Source: Tubiluchus corallicola (lineage: Eukaryota > Animalia > Priapulida). From it: a DNA stretch of 64,000 bases. The notes under the pieces are model-generated. The model worked only from the letters and a program-made list of their open reading frames with translations. It was not told the DNA's origin and searched no databases. The translations under genes and the position numbers were made by a program. This document shows positions 26,425-41,634 of the stretch, one piece after another. How positions within the stretch are numbered: the stretch's first letter is position 1; every line of letters starts with the position of its first letter. The DNA lies in contig JAQGDQ010000056.1 in NCBI GenBank assembly GCA_030141605.1, positions 310,001 to 374,000 on the forward strand, given 5' to 3'.

Positions 26425-28458
26425 GTAAGTATCGTAATACTTACTGCTTAGTAAATTACACGTGCAACTATTTTAGTATGCGTTTTAGTAAGACGCTTCT
26501 GCCTTTGATACGATAATGTGTTATATTGACGTTTTTTGCTGTGGTTCTACGGTGGGTTTTCTCTTGGCTGCTAACCTTTTTTGTGCCTTTTTGCTTAATG
26601 CAACAACTTTGATGATGGATATGTTACGAAATCTTGTAGATTTTGATATTGTAAATGATAGAACTATAGCGAGAACGAGGTTTCTGCACTGATATCCGTT
26701 TGTAGCGATTAATTTACTGACAGGTAAGACGTCGAAAGAATGTACTATGTTTGTAAGAAAATTTTACATCGAAACAACTCTGGTAAAAATGAGGAATACA
26801 GGAAGTTCATTTTGAGTCAAGTTTATAGGAATTCGTGGAGCTGGTGAATTTTGCAGTTTTGTAGGCATGTCAGAGACTGTTTTGAAGCCGTTAATTGTGC
26901 GTGAATTGCATTTTAATCTCTAAGCTGAATGCCATTCATTCTTCATTTATTTATTGTATAGATAGTAACGGGCCCCTAGCGACTCAAAAGCGACCGACTC
27001 AATTAGTGATAGTGTCATAAAAGGTGTAAAGAAACAATAAATGTCACAATAATGTCATAACATGTGAAAAATAAGGTGATGGCGACGTCATAACAAACTC
27101 GATTACGTTAAATCACTCTGAACGCGTAAAATGCGTCACAATTTTAACCCTTTAGCTTCCATGTGCATTGATTTTTACCATACTCTGTAATTGCGAAATT
27201 CCAGTCCGCCTAGCTAGCGTGAGAGTTGATTGCTGTTGTAGAGTGCTGAAAGCAAAGTGGGGCTTCTTTCGTCTTACGTCACCAATTTAAATGGCAGAGT
27301 GCTGTACATGCTTAAGTTGCTGGCGTAGTTTTTTCAACCCCGGGCGAATTCTAGTCTGATCGCCAAGTGAAAACACATGTTGAATGCAACATAATACAAT
27401 GCTCTCTTTTTGGTCATTGGCTCGAAAGCTAATAACACTTAATACGGTAAATTATCCATTAAATGATACAATGAGTATTGCACTGGTACAATACAAAACT
27501 TTTCTTGATAATGCTTGCGTACGTTTATAAAGTTGTAAATATTTCGCAATAAACTGTTTTTGTGTGCGGTATAGTGTGGCTTTACTGCAGCGTTTGTTAT
27601 CAGCCGTTTTACCAGTGCATGTCAGTGAGCGATCTTGAGAAAATTCATAAGCTGTGCTGTAAAAAAAATTTCACATTTTTCTTTCATTTATCCATTGATC
27701 CATCACTCCATTTTTAAAGGAAATGCTTACTGTTTTTTTCAAAGAAGTTAAAGCAGATTTTATTGAAAATTTGGATTACCTAGTATTAGTTAAACATGCA
27801 CGTCTACTACAGTTTTAGCATAATGTGAATAACAAGTTCCTTAAAATGTACCTCTTTTTACACACCTAAATATTGGGGTGGAATTATAAAGATGATATTT
27901 GTCTTTGTGCTATGCTTGTGCCAGATTTTCCTTCGTGGTTATGCTTTATTACACTTTACAAATTACGATTTTAAATTTCAGTCCCGTGAGAAAATGTGGC
28001 CGTTTTGGGCCAGTATACACACCTACTGTACAAATTATCGCCTTTACGTTGCTGCTGATACTGATTCCGTGGACGCAAAAGTCAAAACCTAGACGTATTT
28101 TCGTATTTCTCATGTCTTTTATCTACCTTTTGACCCAGTCACTTGCAGAAAATAATTTCAGCCTTGCTAAAGCGACTACGAGTAAATTTTAAATTTGGTG
28201 GACGCTGGTGAAATTTATTCTTCCCGAACACTGCACTTTCGGAGTTACAGTTTCTGCGTACATGCTAAAATCTATGGTACATCTATAATGTGCTTGTAAA
28301 CTAGTTGGTTAAAAGTTTGAATTTCGGCATGTGAATTTCCCTGTGCATATATTTTATAGTACATTGTATGCACTGAGCTTTACTGGGCGTATTACTTTAT
28401 CCAAATTTATTAAGAAAGATCTCATTAACCGAACCGCAGAGAGAGGGGGGGAAGGAAG

Positions 28459-28579
<121 letters not shown>

Positions 28580-28580
28580 T

Positions 28581-28683
28581 GTGCATTGCGTCGCAACTGA
28601 ACACATCTGAACTGAGAGTTATAGCACCTGTTTTTCGTGTAACGTGTTTCCGACATGCAGGCGCTAGTGACCATCAACAACGT
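28581..28683 (+). repeat. 103-bp cassette, copy 1 (follows a (GA)n tract)
   Basis: Identical by eye to 31272-31374. Confidence 0.95.
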
Positions 28684-30801
28684 GAACGTGAAATTACGTT
28701 TCTGTGGTAATAATTTTTCTTGTAAATAATTCTTGAAAAAACATGGTATATTTCATAGGGTAGATTGTTTTGAACTATAGTTTAAGATGCGTCTTGTTTT
28801 ACTTTAAACTACAGTTACTAGCTATTCGATTGGAGTGAACATTTCAGTACACGCAGTACCCGCAAAACCTGAAACACCGGCGCGTTCACTTACGGTTGCC
28901 ACCTTGCCATCATCAGATGTCTCATATGCAGCGTGAATATTTTACCTAGCAACAACTTTCACAGCACATGTACCCTAGGAGTACTCCGACATATTTCAGC
29001 CATGTTTCACAATTAATTTAAATTGATTTTTGCGCCTCGTTAATGTCTAAATAAACTGCCTGTTAATTGTGTTATAAATATGCTTTTAGCAAACTAATAA
29101 GGAAAGATTACTTCCTGACTTCATATCATTGAGGCGTCTTTTGTAAAACACAATAAACTTGTAGTGGGAAACTGAACCAGAATTTTGTTTTCATTGAAGA
29201 ATTAAAAGAGCAGCCATCTGAGAAATCTAGTTGAAACTAGAAGTCGTAAATAGCTTTAAAACTATAAAAGATTGGGACGAGTGTGTGTCTGTGTGGTGCA
29301 TGAAAATGCTAAATTCTGCCGCTACGTCCTGTCTTTACACAGTTTTCTGACCTCGGTTGGATTACAGCAGTTACATTATTTATCGGCTGATGAATCAGCT
29401 CAGTTAACTTGACAGACTGCAAAATCGTGGGCTTGTCATCTGTCCATTCGGGCTTGATTTGAGGTTAACCCTGCATCCCTTCTCGTCCATCGTCTATTAC
29501 CAGTCTGTTATTGCTAGCCACTGTGACAGGTGCATGCCAGGTTTCTATTGGAGTCTTGTTTCCGATTTTCAAGTTTCCCTGTAGATGTTTCTGTTTCTTA
29601 TGATCCTTGGCCGACATTCCTTGATGGCCAGTGGCAGTTTATAGCGCTAGTTTTTTTCTCTCCGTCCTCTGACCCACGGAATTGTTTACACAATACTACT
29701 GGCTGCTGTTAATTAAAACTCCGCCTACTTCAAGAAGTGAAGTGTATCAACAGATATTCCTTTATTAATTACAAATCAGTAACAGTAGTAAGAATTATTT
29801 GTAGTTCCTATGAGTGTTCGTTTGAGGGCAAATGTGCAAAAAAGCACGAAATGTAAGCTGTACAGAGCTGGTGGTTGAAGTCATGAAAAAAGTGGCTTTC
29901 AAATTCGTGCAACTGCAGAGAAACTAGTGGTGGTGTTATAGTTTTGGAGAACTACTGATGCTGGGTAATCTTTTGCAGTTGCGTTGCATTCCACTGCAAT
30001 CGGCATGTATACTGCATCTTGAGCTACAATAGTGTTGTTGCACAAAAGTGGGGGTTACTAGTGACCATGGCACAATCTAAAGTACTCTGCACTCTAAAAC
30101 AAAAAGAGCAGAAAGTGACGGCGTTACAATCCACAATATCCAGTGATGAGGAACAAAGTAGCAGCAGCATTTAAAAGCAACCAACGATGGTTTCGCATGT
30201 TGCAAGGGCTATGGACGACTGCACATTTTAAAGACCTGTAAATATTTTCGCACAGCATTATTGATGAAGTGTCTTATTCGCTGTGATTGCAGTATTCTCC
30301 TGCAAAATAGCTGATTAGTCACTGTAGTCTGAAACTCACAAAAGTGACTTACATTGAGGGGAACCTTTAAAACGCTTTTCCATATTTCTTTTGCAACAAC
30401 ACATCGCATCTGTCCATATAACTAAAAACAGATGAAGAAACGGTTTCATGCGACAAATGCTTTTTCTCATGAAAATCATCTGGTTACTTGCTAATTAACT
30501 GCAATGTATTTTTGCATTACGTTTGCGTATCCCTTTTCTTGGGTGGTGATTTCAAAAAGCAGGTAACCAGGTAAAGCAGGTCAGTAATGTAAAAAATACT
30601 CGCGTGAGCTTTAGCTAAAACATTAATTTTATGTAGCTACTGACGAATTTTTAGCAACTAATTACAAGCATTTGCAGATATATCTTTCATTTCAATTGAA
30701 GCGAATGTCTCTTTTTTATCGGCTGTTACTCAGAAACAGCGAGTTTGTTGTGTGTAAGCATTTTTATCGCTCGAGTGTCCTGGAATGACATAATGTCCTG
30801 G

Positions 30802-31374
<573 letters not shown>

Positions 31375-31378
31375 TTGT

Positions 31379-31379
31379 G

Positions 31380-31410
<31 letters not shown>

Positions 31411-31441
31411 AGGGAGGGAGGGAGGGAGGGAGGGAGGGAGA
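31379..31441. repeat. (GGCA)n(GGGA)n compound tetranucleotide repeat
   Basis: ~7 GGCA units then ~8 GGGA units; the GGGA run fits a G-quadruplex pattern. Confidence 0.95.
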
Positions 31442-33177
31442 TGGAGAGTTGGAAACTAAGCAGCGACGTCTGCACTATATTGTTTCCCCGTGGGAATAGC
31501 GTCTTATCTTTTCATGGCTTGAAGCTTCTGGATTGCGACAGTTTGTCAAGATAATGAATAATTTATTATACGCACTGCGTCCTGTCTGGAGGCAAATCTG
31601 TCAGTTTGCAAGTAACAGTCCTGAACCAGTCCATCAACTGCGTAATTAAACCTAGACCTCTCTTAGGACCGCGTCTTAATCTCCTATCAGAAACTCCTGG
31701 ATACACTTCCAGAGCGAGAAAGTGTATTACGTACCGGGTATTCCATATTATACAGGCTGAACAGTACAGCTATACTTAGGCAAAGTTGGAATCTGAAGGC
31801 TGCCTATCAGTGTATTCAATTTCTAGTATTTATAATCATATTGTTTTTAATCAGTATTAACGATGCTGATTATAATGAAGTAGTATAATAGTGTAAAATC
31901 CGTCTTGAAATGAGTATTGTTATTACTTTTGCAGTTGGGTGACACACAGCCTTATTTGCACTGTCACTGTGCAAGCGGTTAGCTTGTATCGTTTAGAAAA
32001 AAATCAATATTTTAATTTTCGTTTATATAGCGTTTCTACTATCTAGCAGAACCGTTTACTAGGGTTGTGAATCTGCTGTTGTGAATTTACATTTATTCGT
32101 TAGTATTAGGAGAATATATTAGGTATATGTAATCTGAATTGTACTTACGTTTATTTCGTCACATAAACCCATGGACTGCAAATGTTGTCGACTTCTGAAA
32201 ACTCCTGACACTGCATAAATTTTTGTTTTGCCATGTTTGATGGGGTATGTCTGACTGCGTTCTGTGTACTGCACTAGTTGTTACTTTATAAATGATCGGG
32301 AAAGGCTTTTTTGTTAGGAAGGAATAAGTGTTATAATGCATATAATTATCAGCTGGCTTACGTAGTAAGTCTTGATTACACGTCTTTTTCTCACCCTACC
32401 GAGATAAAAATCTAGTAAGGGACCACAACGGCACAAATTTAATTATGGACGATACTCAATTGCACATGCAGTGTCAGCACTGTATTGTAATTTTATGAAA
32501 GGTTTTACGACGTGTAATTTTTACCTTGCGTAGAAGTGACTTACTAGATAACTGTAAAAAGGTATAGATAGCAAGTTATTCATTATGTTGACGACATGAC
32601 ATGTACGACATCGTAGATTATTTCATTGATAAGTTATATCTGACGCTTTCAATTTTGTTATTCAGGGATACCTTTTTAAGGTGTTTGCCACAAATCGTAC
32701 TCGCCACTTGTTTCTCTAGTCTGACCAAAGTACATAATAGCAGTGCTGCAATAAACTTATTTTAAAGCTATACGTGTACACCCTCAGGTCCGTAAGGCAG
32801 AAAACATATCTAGCCTGTAAATTAATTGTCTTAACTTCTATCTGTATCGTCGAGAAAATGTAAAATTAAAATTGATTTATATATTTTGCAGCCTGTCATC
32901 CATACGGACATGTTGAATTCGATATGTAATAAAAAGGAAGGTACAACGTTCTTGTGATTGGACGCGAGAAGCGGTTATAGCTTTGAGAATATTGTAGACG
33001 GGAGAGCGGAGCTGGTTCTAAACAAACTTTTAGCATGCTTTTTACATGTCAAAAATGTTAGTAGTAATGATTGCTTTCTCCGTGGTTTCAACTTTGCCAT
33101 GAAAAGAAACGTTAAACATTGAGTTAACATCTGTGACTAGAACTTATTACATATTACCACACAAACATAAATATACA

Positions 33178-33212
33178 TAATGACTTAATGCTTAAAGAGC
33201 ATTAAGTCATTA
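33178..33212. repeat. Perfect 15-bp hairpin
   Basis: taatgacttaatgct-taaag-agcattaagtcatta. Confidence 0.9.
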
Positions 33213-36200
33213 GTAACACTCACAAAGTTTTATACCTAAAGAGCAAAAATTTGTCACAAAATAATCAAAGTACCAAAATAGTGGACCCCAAATATTTTAC
33301 TGAAAAACTACTAGTTAACACATATGAATTACCAAAACCTAGGATCACGGTCTCCTAACATACCTACCGGCACACAACTGACAACGAACCCAAAAAGCAC
33401 AGAGATCAGAAAACCCAAAAATCAGCGACTCATGTTAATACAACCACGATGAAAAAAATAACAGATAATGACGAAGCGTAATTATTATAAGGCATTAGGA
33501 AAAAGCAACAACAAAGTATTTAACTGCCTGGTACCAAATTAAACCATCAGTCAAGACTAAAAACCACATTAAACAACAAGTTAAAACCAAAAAGAAGCAG
33601 CCACTATGACTATGTACAGCCCAGCCAATTCGGCCACTCGTGGACAAGTGTTAAAACGAGTTTTTTTGACTCGCGCGCGTGTGTAGGCTGTGTAGCGCCC
33701 TCTGGCAATAGTCATTCCAAAGTGCGCTAATACACCGCGACAATTATAGTTATAAATTGTCCTTTCCTCACAAAAAGGTCGAACAGCACGAACTTCCTTT
33801 AATATTAACGTCAGTTCTACATTTTTACCGTTCTGTAGCACTGCAATGGCTTGCATCTACCAATAGTTCCGTGCATTATTTACAATGGAGGAAAAGATTC
33901 ATTTAAAATACGAAAAAGTTGATGCACTTAAAATATGCAGTGACAATTTGTGTAAACGGTTAAAACACATAGCTTTGGCGTTGCGTTTGTATAAATTTTG
34001 TGGATTTGCGTTTTGATCTTTCGAGAGAAATAGCAACTAAACGAGTTTTGAAAGCTGATCGGGTTATGAATAGGGCTAAAATGGGTGAATCTTTGCGGTT
34101 TGGTGTCATTGGATAAATCAGTAGAGTTGCTCGAGTACGCGTTTGTTAATAAAGATTTTGTTCGTTGTTGCATGCAATTTCCTTGCTGCTTGCTGTTTGG
34201 TTTTTGAAAGACTTGATGAAAATTTTGTGCGACCATTACGAAGCTGCAGTTGCCCATATTCAGGAAGTGAATATTTTATTGATCTCTGTCTGATAGATGA
34301 TAGTAAGACTAAGTAAGTTCACATGGAGTTTTACATGGAGTCATCAAGTCTCTTACGTCATTTCCTCTCCGTGGAAGAGTTTGATGTTGTTTTAACACCA
34401 TTTTACCCAGCAGCTTCTGATACTAATCATGTTTTAGTTGTTGCTGCAAGACCTACCGCTTTTGTTGCTTTAATTTTTGCTGAAAAAATTACACGCTAAT
34501 TTTGTCATGCTTGTTCAAAACCACGACCAAGTTTCGTGGTTTCATTTGTGCAATTACTAAAATAACGTTGTTAAAAGTATCAGCTAGTGTACAAAAAAAT
34601 TTTTGTCGTGACTGCATAATTGAGATAATCAGGCTCCTGCTATGTATGGAAAAAAGCTAAAATGGCGAAAACGTTCGTTAGCGTTGATAACAGCAATTAG
34701 TGGCCTTTCCAGTTTGCTCGACAGATCTGAGCATCTCAAGTGGTTGATTTGACCGGAAAACGATTCTTGCCTAATCGCCTTAGCTGCTGCGTGGTATCTT
34801 TGTTTGTTTAACGACTTTAAGCCATCTCGCAAAATCTGACCTTTAATCTATGCGAAGAAGCCGGGAGTAAATATAGCTGAGTCGAAGAAATGTCACTGTA
34901 GCCAAAATTAGGTTCTTCACTATCACAGAGCGTTACTGCTGCTAGACTTACTAGCTGTTATATTAGTCGCATGATGTTTGCGTGTGTGGTGGGCATATGG
35001 TTGCGAGAGTTCCTTTTTCAAGGATGATGGGTTATTTTATGTAAAGCTTGACTTGGCATAGAGCCTGAATAACATGCTAGAGTGGCTTGGCGCTTCAGCG
35101 TAGACGATTTCAGTTTGACATTTCTCTTGTGTTGTACGTTATACTTGCAGAAAAAATGTTCTACCTTTCGAGATGAATTGTCTGCTGAATTGTGTTCACT
35201 GTTTTGCATGTTAAATATTTTCGTGTTTACAGTGCGATTATCAGATCACGCAATGCTTGACCGATTTTAGTAAAAGCTTTATTTCTGATGCTTTTGATAA
35301 ATATATATTTTACAGGTGATTGCAAATAGCATTGATTGAATCTTGCTTAATTGTATTCCATTTTGGTCATCGATTTCATGACCAGATTTCTTAAACTGGT
35401 CCTCAGACTTTAAAGCTTGCGACGATGTGGAGTTGACGAGTGACAGAGGAAAATTGTTTCTCGGTGGTTTATTTTGCTAGTTTCTATCGTTACAGGAAGA
35501 TGTTTCCGAACAGGTAGGCACTTCGGCCAGTTTAGCGTAACATCTCGAAAAAATATTCTTGATAGTTGCCTAGTTTCCGGTCCCACCACAATTACTTTTC
35601 TTACGCTAGCCATTCACATGTACTTCATGCATCCCTTTGGTTCAAGGCTTATGCATGAAAATGTTGCTATCACAAACTTTTGATTAGTCTGGTTCAGTCA
35701 TTTCAAAATGTTTGCGAACGGATGGGTTTTGTTTCTCTTTGCAGTCATACACCTGTTCGTGTCTTTCGTCTTTACTTTTGGTTGTGTCTTTCTTTATTCC
35801 TACAAGTGATGCTTGGCAAAAATTTTCCCTGCTGTTTTTCCATTGTGCTAGGATACATCTAAATTTTAGTCTATAACTGTATATATATTTACCTGTAATG
35901 GTTTTTCGCAACTTCATTTTTCGAACAGTGCCAAGCAAGACCCAATCTCGTATCGGTTACACGTTTCTTCTGTACACAAATGCAAAAACAAAACACATTT
36001 CAGAATTTAGATTGTGCAGTAGTGCAATATTTACGCTTGCTCGATTCTTAATTCATTCTGCAGGTAAAGGTTATTGAAGTTGCTCGAATTTCACTCGTTT
36101 TACCTCTTTCCTTTTATTTTCCTCAAATTTCGTTTCAGTGTATTCAATGATGAATTGATGATGTTGTTTGGCTACATTTGATCGTTTTTGTTGCGGCTCG

Positions 36201-37437
36201 CAAGTTTGCTCAGTTTTCGCAAGTGTAGTTTCAATGAGAACAGGAGCTAAGGCCTGTCACAATTTATTTTTGTTATTAATGAGTAGAGACTTACAAAAGG
36301 TTACTGTAAACAGTCTGACAACTAGTAGTGCTTTTGGTTCAAACTACGTTGTTAGTAACAGTTGCTTTCAGTCCCGTTTTGCAGTGGCTATATGCAGCCT
36401 CGAAAAGTTCCCAGAAAAATGAAAACTGTGATTGGGAATAGTTACTATACAGCAGGGAATTGGGGAAACACTAAAAATTCTTTCTCATTCGTGGTGCCGT
36501 TCACTTATTGGGTTTTCTGGTTTCTAATGATTTTTATTTTCATGAGTGACATTAATATCATTTCTCATTTTCAACCCCGAGGTCTGTGCGTTCTAACTCG
36601 GAAGTTCTCCGGATTGCGCACACTTATCCTTCGAACCTTCTGGTTACAAATGCGATACGATTTATCAAGTTGTAAACAACTGATAACAACGGCGAACAGT
36701 CTCTGACCTATTCCCTGTGTGCGATTCGACCTACTCAGCAGTATTGTTAATCTATAGGAGTATAGATTTGAACTGGGTGAACTAGCGATTGTGTGCTTAC
36801 AAGTTATAACAGCCTGTAAATATTGTTGCAAACTACAATGGAAAAACATTTATTTGCCACAAAAGACATTTCGTGTGCATTTATTTCGGGTTTGTAGTCT
36901 TGCAACTTGCAAATAACATTAACTTGACTAGTTATTTAGTGCCACGTTAAACTGGAAGGTAGTAACCATAAACGTTTGATATTTATCTGCACAAGCACAG
37001 CAACTATGGTTCCTTGCATAAAACCAGAACCACCAGATGAGGACACTGACTCGGATAACGTGTAAGTTATGTGATTTATATTTGATGCTAACTGCATGTA
37101 AAACATCTGGATATATAAATTGATCATATCGTTCAGATATCTAGACTGAACTGATTTATGCCTAAAATCTTAAGCTGCTTAACATCGTTTCACATAAAAG
37201 CAGGGCGTCTCAGTAACGTGCAAGTGGTGGTGGCAGTGACAGCGGCGGCAGTGGTGTAGTGATGATAGTATTAGTAGCGGTGGAGTGGCAGTAGTAGACT
37301 GACTGACTGAACGAATTAACAGTACAAGAACAACACATGCAATGGATGATAGTCCCAGTCCCTTCATCGCCAATATAGCAGCCGTCATGTTTTCGCGTCA
37401 TGATTTGGTAAACTATGTTGGCGAATATATTTTTTGT

Positions 37438-37575
37438 AAGATGCCACTTCTACAAAGCTTTGCTCACAATTACTGGTTCCTTTGTCAGTCTAAGAGAGTA
37501 AAATGCCACTTCTACAAAGCTCTGTCCACATTTACTGGTTCCTTTATCAGTCTAAGAGAATAAGATGCTACTCTA
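37438..37575. repeat. 62-bp tandem repeat, ~2.2 copies
   Basis: atgccacttctacaaagct at 37441 and 37503; partial atgctactcta at 37565. Confidence 0.9.
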
Positions 37576-40500
37576 TGCAGAATTGCAGATGCATGAATCC
37601 TTGTAATGCGCGGTACCGTGTTAAGTTTTACAGGTTTTCAGATCTCTATAGTCTGTCTTTGTAGTTGCCAGACGACAGCTGTTGTAGCAGGTTTCAGAGA
37701 ATCGCTTCGTTTAAAACGGTTTACAATCAATTTAACAAATTATGGTACTAGCAAAGGTAGGAATTACCGTGTAAAACTAGCAGTTTTGTTTTCCGATTAC
37801 ATTAAATTTTACCTTACTGCTATTTTTTGTCACTTGCGTATAAGTTTTGACTAGATTTTGATGATGATGTACTTTTATTATAAGCAAATTAGCACGTGGT
37901 TACAACAGTACTGTATTGTGCACGCATTGCTCAGGAAATTGATAAACATGTCGTTATAGAAAATTCTGTAGAACATTATAGAGCAAACAGGGACCGTTTC
38001 TATTCTTTTTTCCTTTCATCTTCTTTCTTCCTCATTTATTTTTATGTGTTTTTTCTTTTCTGTCTTCTTTTATTTGTGTTTCTTTTTATAAGAAACAATA
38101 TTCTAGTAGATGGCAACACTAGTATTGTATCAAAGATAATTCTATGTTGTGCGAGACACATGCAACACGCCTTACGAGTTACGCCTGGCTCAATATTAAA
38201 ATTTTATATTGATCTCTAATTACTTTTACATAGTAATTCAAAAAGGGTAAATCTCTAACATTAAACAATGCATTGTGCTGTAAAATCGCTTAAGGAAATT
38301 AAAGATTGTTCATTGCAATGTTTCTTGTTTTTACTTCCAATAAAACAGTTTAAAATTCTACCGCCAGTCGGCAACACAAGTTAACTTGCTTTTCTCTTTT
38401 CAAATCGGGTTAACTCTTTTTCCGATTTTTTAAACGGCTGACGGCTAATGCTTAATTACGCATTGCTGAAAGGAAAGAAACCTCTAACTAGTTTAATCTA
38501 AGAGTCAAGCTTTTATCTGTTTCTGTGCCTGATTGATTGCTGTTTTGAATTTGAAAGACGGTTTCGCATCGATTTTCGCGGACGACTTCAAATCCATTTA
38601 GGCTTTGTTTCTGCTGGATCTGAAGTGAGGCAAATCAAGCTCATTTGTCTTGTTATAGCATTACTTGTCTGTCACACACTAGATACTGTAAAAAAGTTCG
38701 CGAGCAGAAACATTCGTCTGAGTAAAAAGCACAGAGCTTATACGAAATTTTCGTGAGAACAGTAAAAATATACATTTTACTAATGTTGGCACGTACGTAA
38801 AATGTACTGATGCACATTGTACTCTGACACGTGGTTGCCTTGGTTATATTGCAGCCTTTCAGTGGATTTTTTATCCAGATTTTATTGATCTTGGCACAGT
38901 TAATCGTTTTTCTTCATTACGGAATGCACATAGATTGACTGAAATATTGACGAAAGTTTTCAATCTGCGAATGAACTTGTGGCGAGATTCATAATATTCT
39001 CCTCAAAATTTTAACGGCCGTGTGTACTATGATTGAATATGTCATTATAGTGAGAATTATTCACTGAAGCCTTTCTTGTTTTTCGTGGCATTTATGTTCA
39101 TACTACAGTTGATTTGTCCTATAACTAGTATAACATGTACTTCTTTGCATGTTTACTGCGCCAGTCTTCACTTGTTGTAAACATGCAGCTAAATATGAGT
39201 TAACAGTAAGTTTCTAATAATGTCCTATATTAATGGGGCGTTACTGTGGACATCAGCTGATAATGCTCATTGTTCTTAGTGACGCCACATACGTATTTCA
39301 CAAATAGGCCTATCTGCTGTTGTACTGTTAGTACTAAAGTGTTTATAGTAAGCGAATTTGTAAAAAATTCTTGAGTAATTTTAGATGCTTTACTATTTGT
39401 ACATTAATCATGGATTTGTTATTAATTACCGTTCATTAATCAATGGTTGCCTTTTTTTCTAATATATACGTGCCTCTGGTACCACGGTACCCTATACTTA
39501 GATAGTCTAGTCTATACATATCTAGTCTAATACAAAGTCAGTGAAAACTGCCGCGATTTCTAGTTCCACCATGCCACTAGGAATTAAACTGAACTGATCA
39601 GTTATTACTTTGGTTTATTGCTTATTTTTTATTTAAACTTATATGAACAGCAGAAAAAAACAAGTGCTTCCAAACATCATGGTAAATGCTTTACCGGATT
39701 TTTGCAGAGCACGAAAGCTCTTCGAGAACTACTGGGAAACATTCTTTTTTGTGTTAAACCTGTCTTAAAGACTGTTGTTTTGATATCAAATAATGATTTG
39801 GCTAAGCAAAGTCTAGTGGATGGATACGCCGGTAATCTTAGATTAGGTATAAAGAGTTTAAGACGCAAATCTTTAACATAATACACTAGGAATTAATTAC
39901 ATTGTACACAAGTAAGCTTTTGATAGCTTCCATTCAACATTGAAAGGCAAAACGACATAGTAATATCAAATTCCTACTAATCACTTCTGAATTTGAAGTC
40001 GAATTGCCGTCAGGGAAAGAAAATTAGAATTTTGGCTGTGTGAAATTAGCTTTCTATTTAAGAAATTTCTGAAAATTATTATATCGCTCAAGGATTTATT
40101 TGTATGTATTGTTGCAAAGACCTTCTATCACCTGGTGTTCGAATTTTGTTTAGTTAAACGAAGAAAAGGGATTTGTTGTAGGTATAGACATTAATATCGA
40201 AATTGAATTGCTGTCGAGACGATAATGAATAAGTACTCAGTTTAAGTTAAACTAATTATTTTGATTTTTTTTGTAATTTCATTGTATTTCATTTCCGTCA
40301 AACTGAATCGTCATATACTTCGTTTATTTAAATTCTCCGTTCAAAAAAAACACCGTAGTGGCATTTACAGTAGAACAGCCAAGTTTAGACTAAAATATCG
40401 TTTTATGTTTTCGACGATAATTTTTTATGTAACTACGCTCGTTTGGCGGAACTCTTGTCTTAAGCTCGTTTGTGTACATATTTAGCGAGTCACAAAGCTT

Positions 40501-41634
40501 CTAAATTTTAAAACTTTGACTAGAAGGTGGTGGTGGTCGTCAAATTGAGCAGAATCCTGGAGCCTGGGGAAATCCGTATTGCGCGTGTTTATTCATTTGC
40601 ACTATCTATGTCGCGACCACATTTCATTTAGTTTGAACAATTTTTACCACTGTCACAGTAGTTGTAGACTGTAGTGAAATTGTAGCTGAGCACAAGCTTG
40701 AAAGGTGCAACAAATTTGTAGCAGTTCACGTATTTATCGTAAGAGCTGATTTTCTTTCAAGCAGCAATCTTGCGTTAATATACTAGCATTTTTATACGAA
40801 AATGTTATGAAAATTATGCGAAATTTATTTTTTGCCAAAACTACAAAACTAGAATTCATTAAACCAGTGAGTAGTGATTCTTTGTAACATCCTTTGTTTT
40901 TTTACGCAAAATATGGGTGAACTTTTTGTGTTGGAACTGTTTAGGACAAAAAAATCCGAATTGCACAGTGAAATTCAATTTTTTGCTTTTGGAAAATAAT
41001 ATGCAAGTTAGAATTGCATGTCTGTAATCAGATGGTTCCGTTTGTTGTGATTAATTCTAATATTAACAAAGTTAATTTGCTCACAAAGAAGGCTCGTGAG
41101 ATCTGTCATCGTAGCGGCTTGTTGTCAAAACTCAGACTGATTCATTTTGATCAAACAAGTTACATTTTTCTCAATTTAATGAGGATTATCAGATAACTGC
41201 GAAGCAAAAGATTCTCAGCTTTGATGTTTGCTTTATGTAAAAAACCTACAAGAGATTGTTTCTTAGATCCGTCAATTACCGTACGTGTTTCTTATCATAT
41301 TCTTGAGCTGTTTTTGTAAAATACAAAGTACTTCTGCCTCATTATAGCGAGTCCTTTGTTTAAAAGTAGAGGATATTTTATGATAGAAGCTAGCAGAGCA
41401 GGCGTGTTTTTGAGGGATTTTGCACAAACAAGCGGGTTTTGCTTTTTACTTAAAATATTTTATTTATCATGCGAGCTATTTCTTTTTTAGGATTTACTGT
41501 AAGCAGGGACCAAGCTTAATATATCGTTATTATATTGTTTGCAACTACGGCGCCCATTTTAGAAGTTAATCAGTTTTAAGCGTTTGGTGCTAAGTTTGTG
41601 CGCGATTTTGAACTTTGCCTTTTGACCTTGAAGA

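Noticed and set aside
37438-37575. CRISPR-like repeat-spacer array
   Set aside because: It is a plain head-to-tail 62-bp duplication with no unique spacers, in a eukaryotic context with no cas genes.
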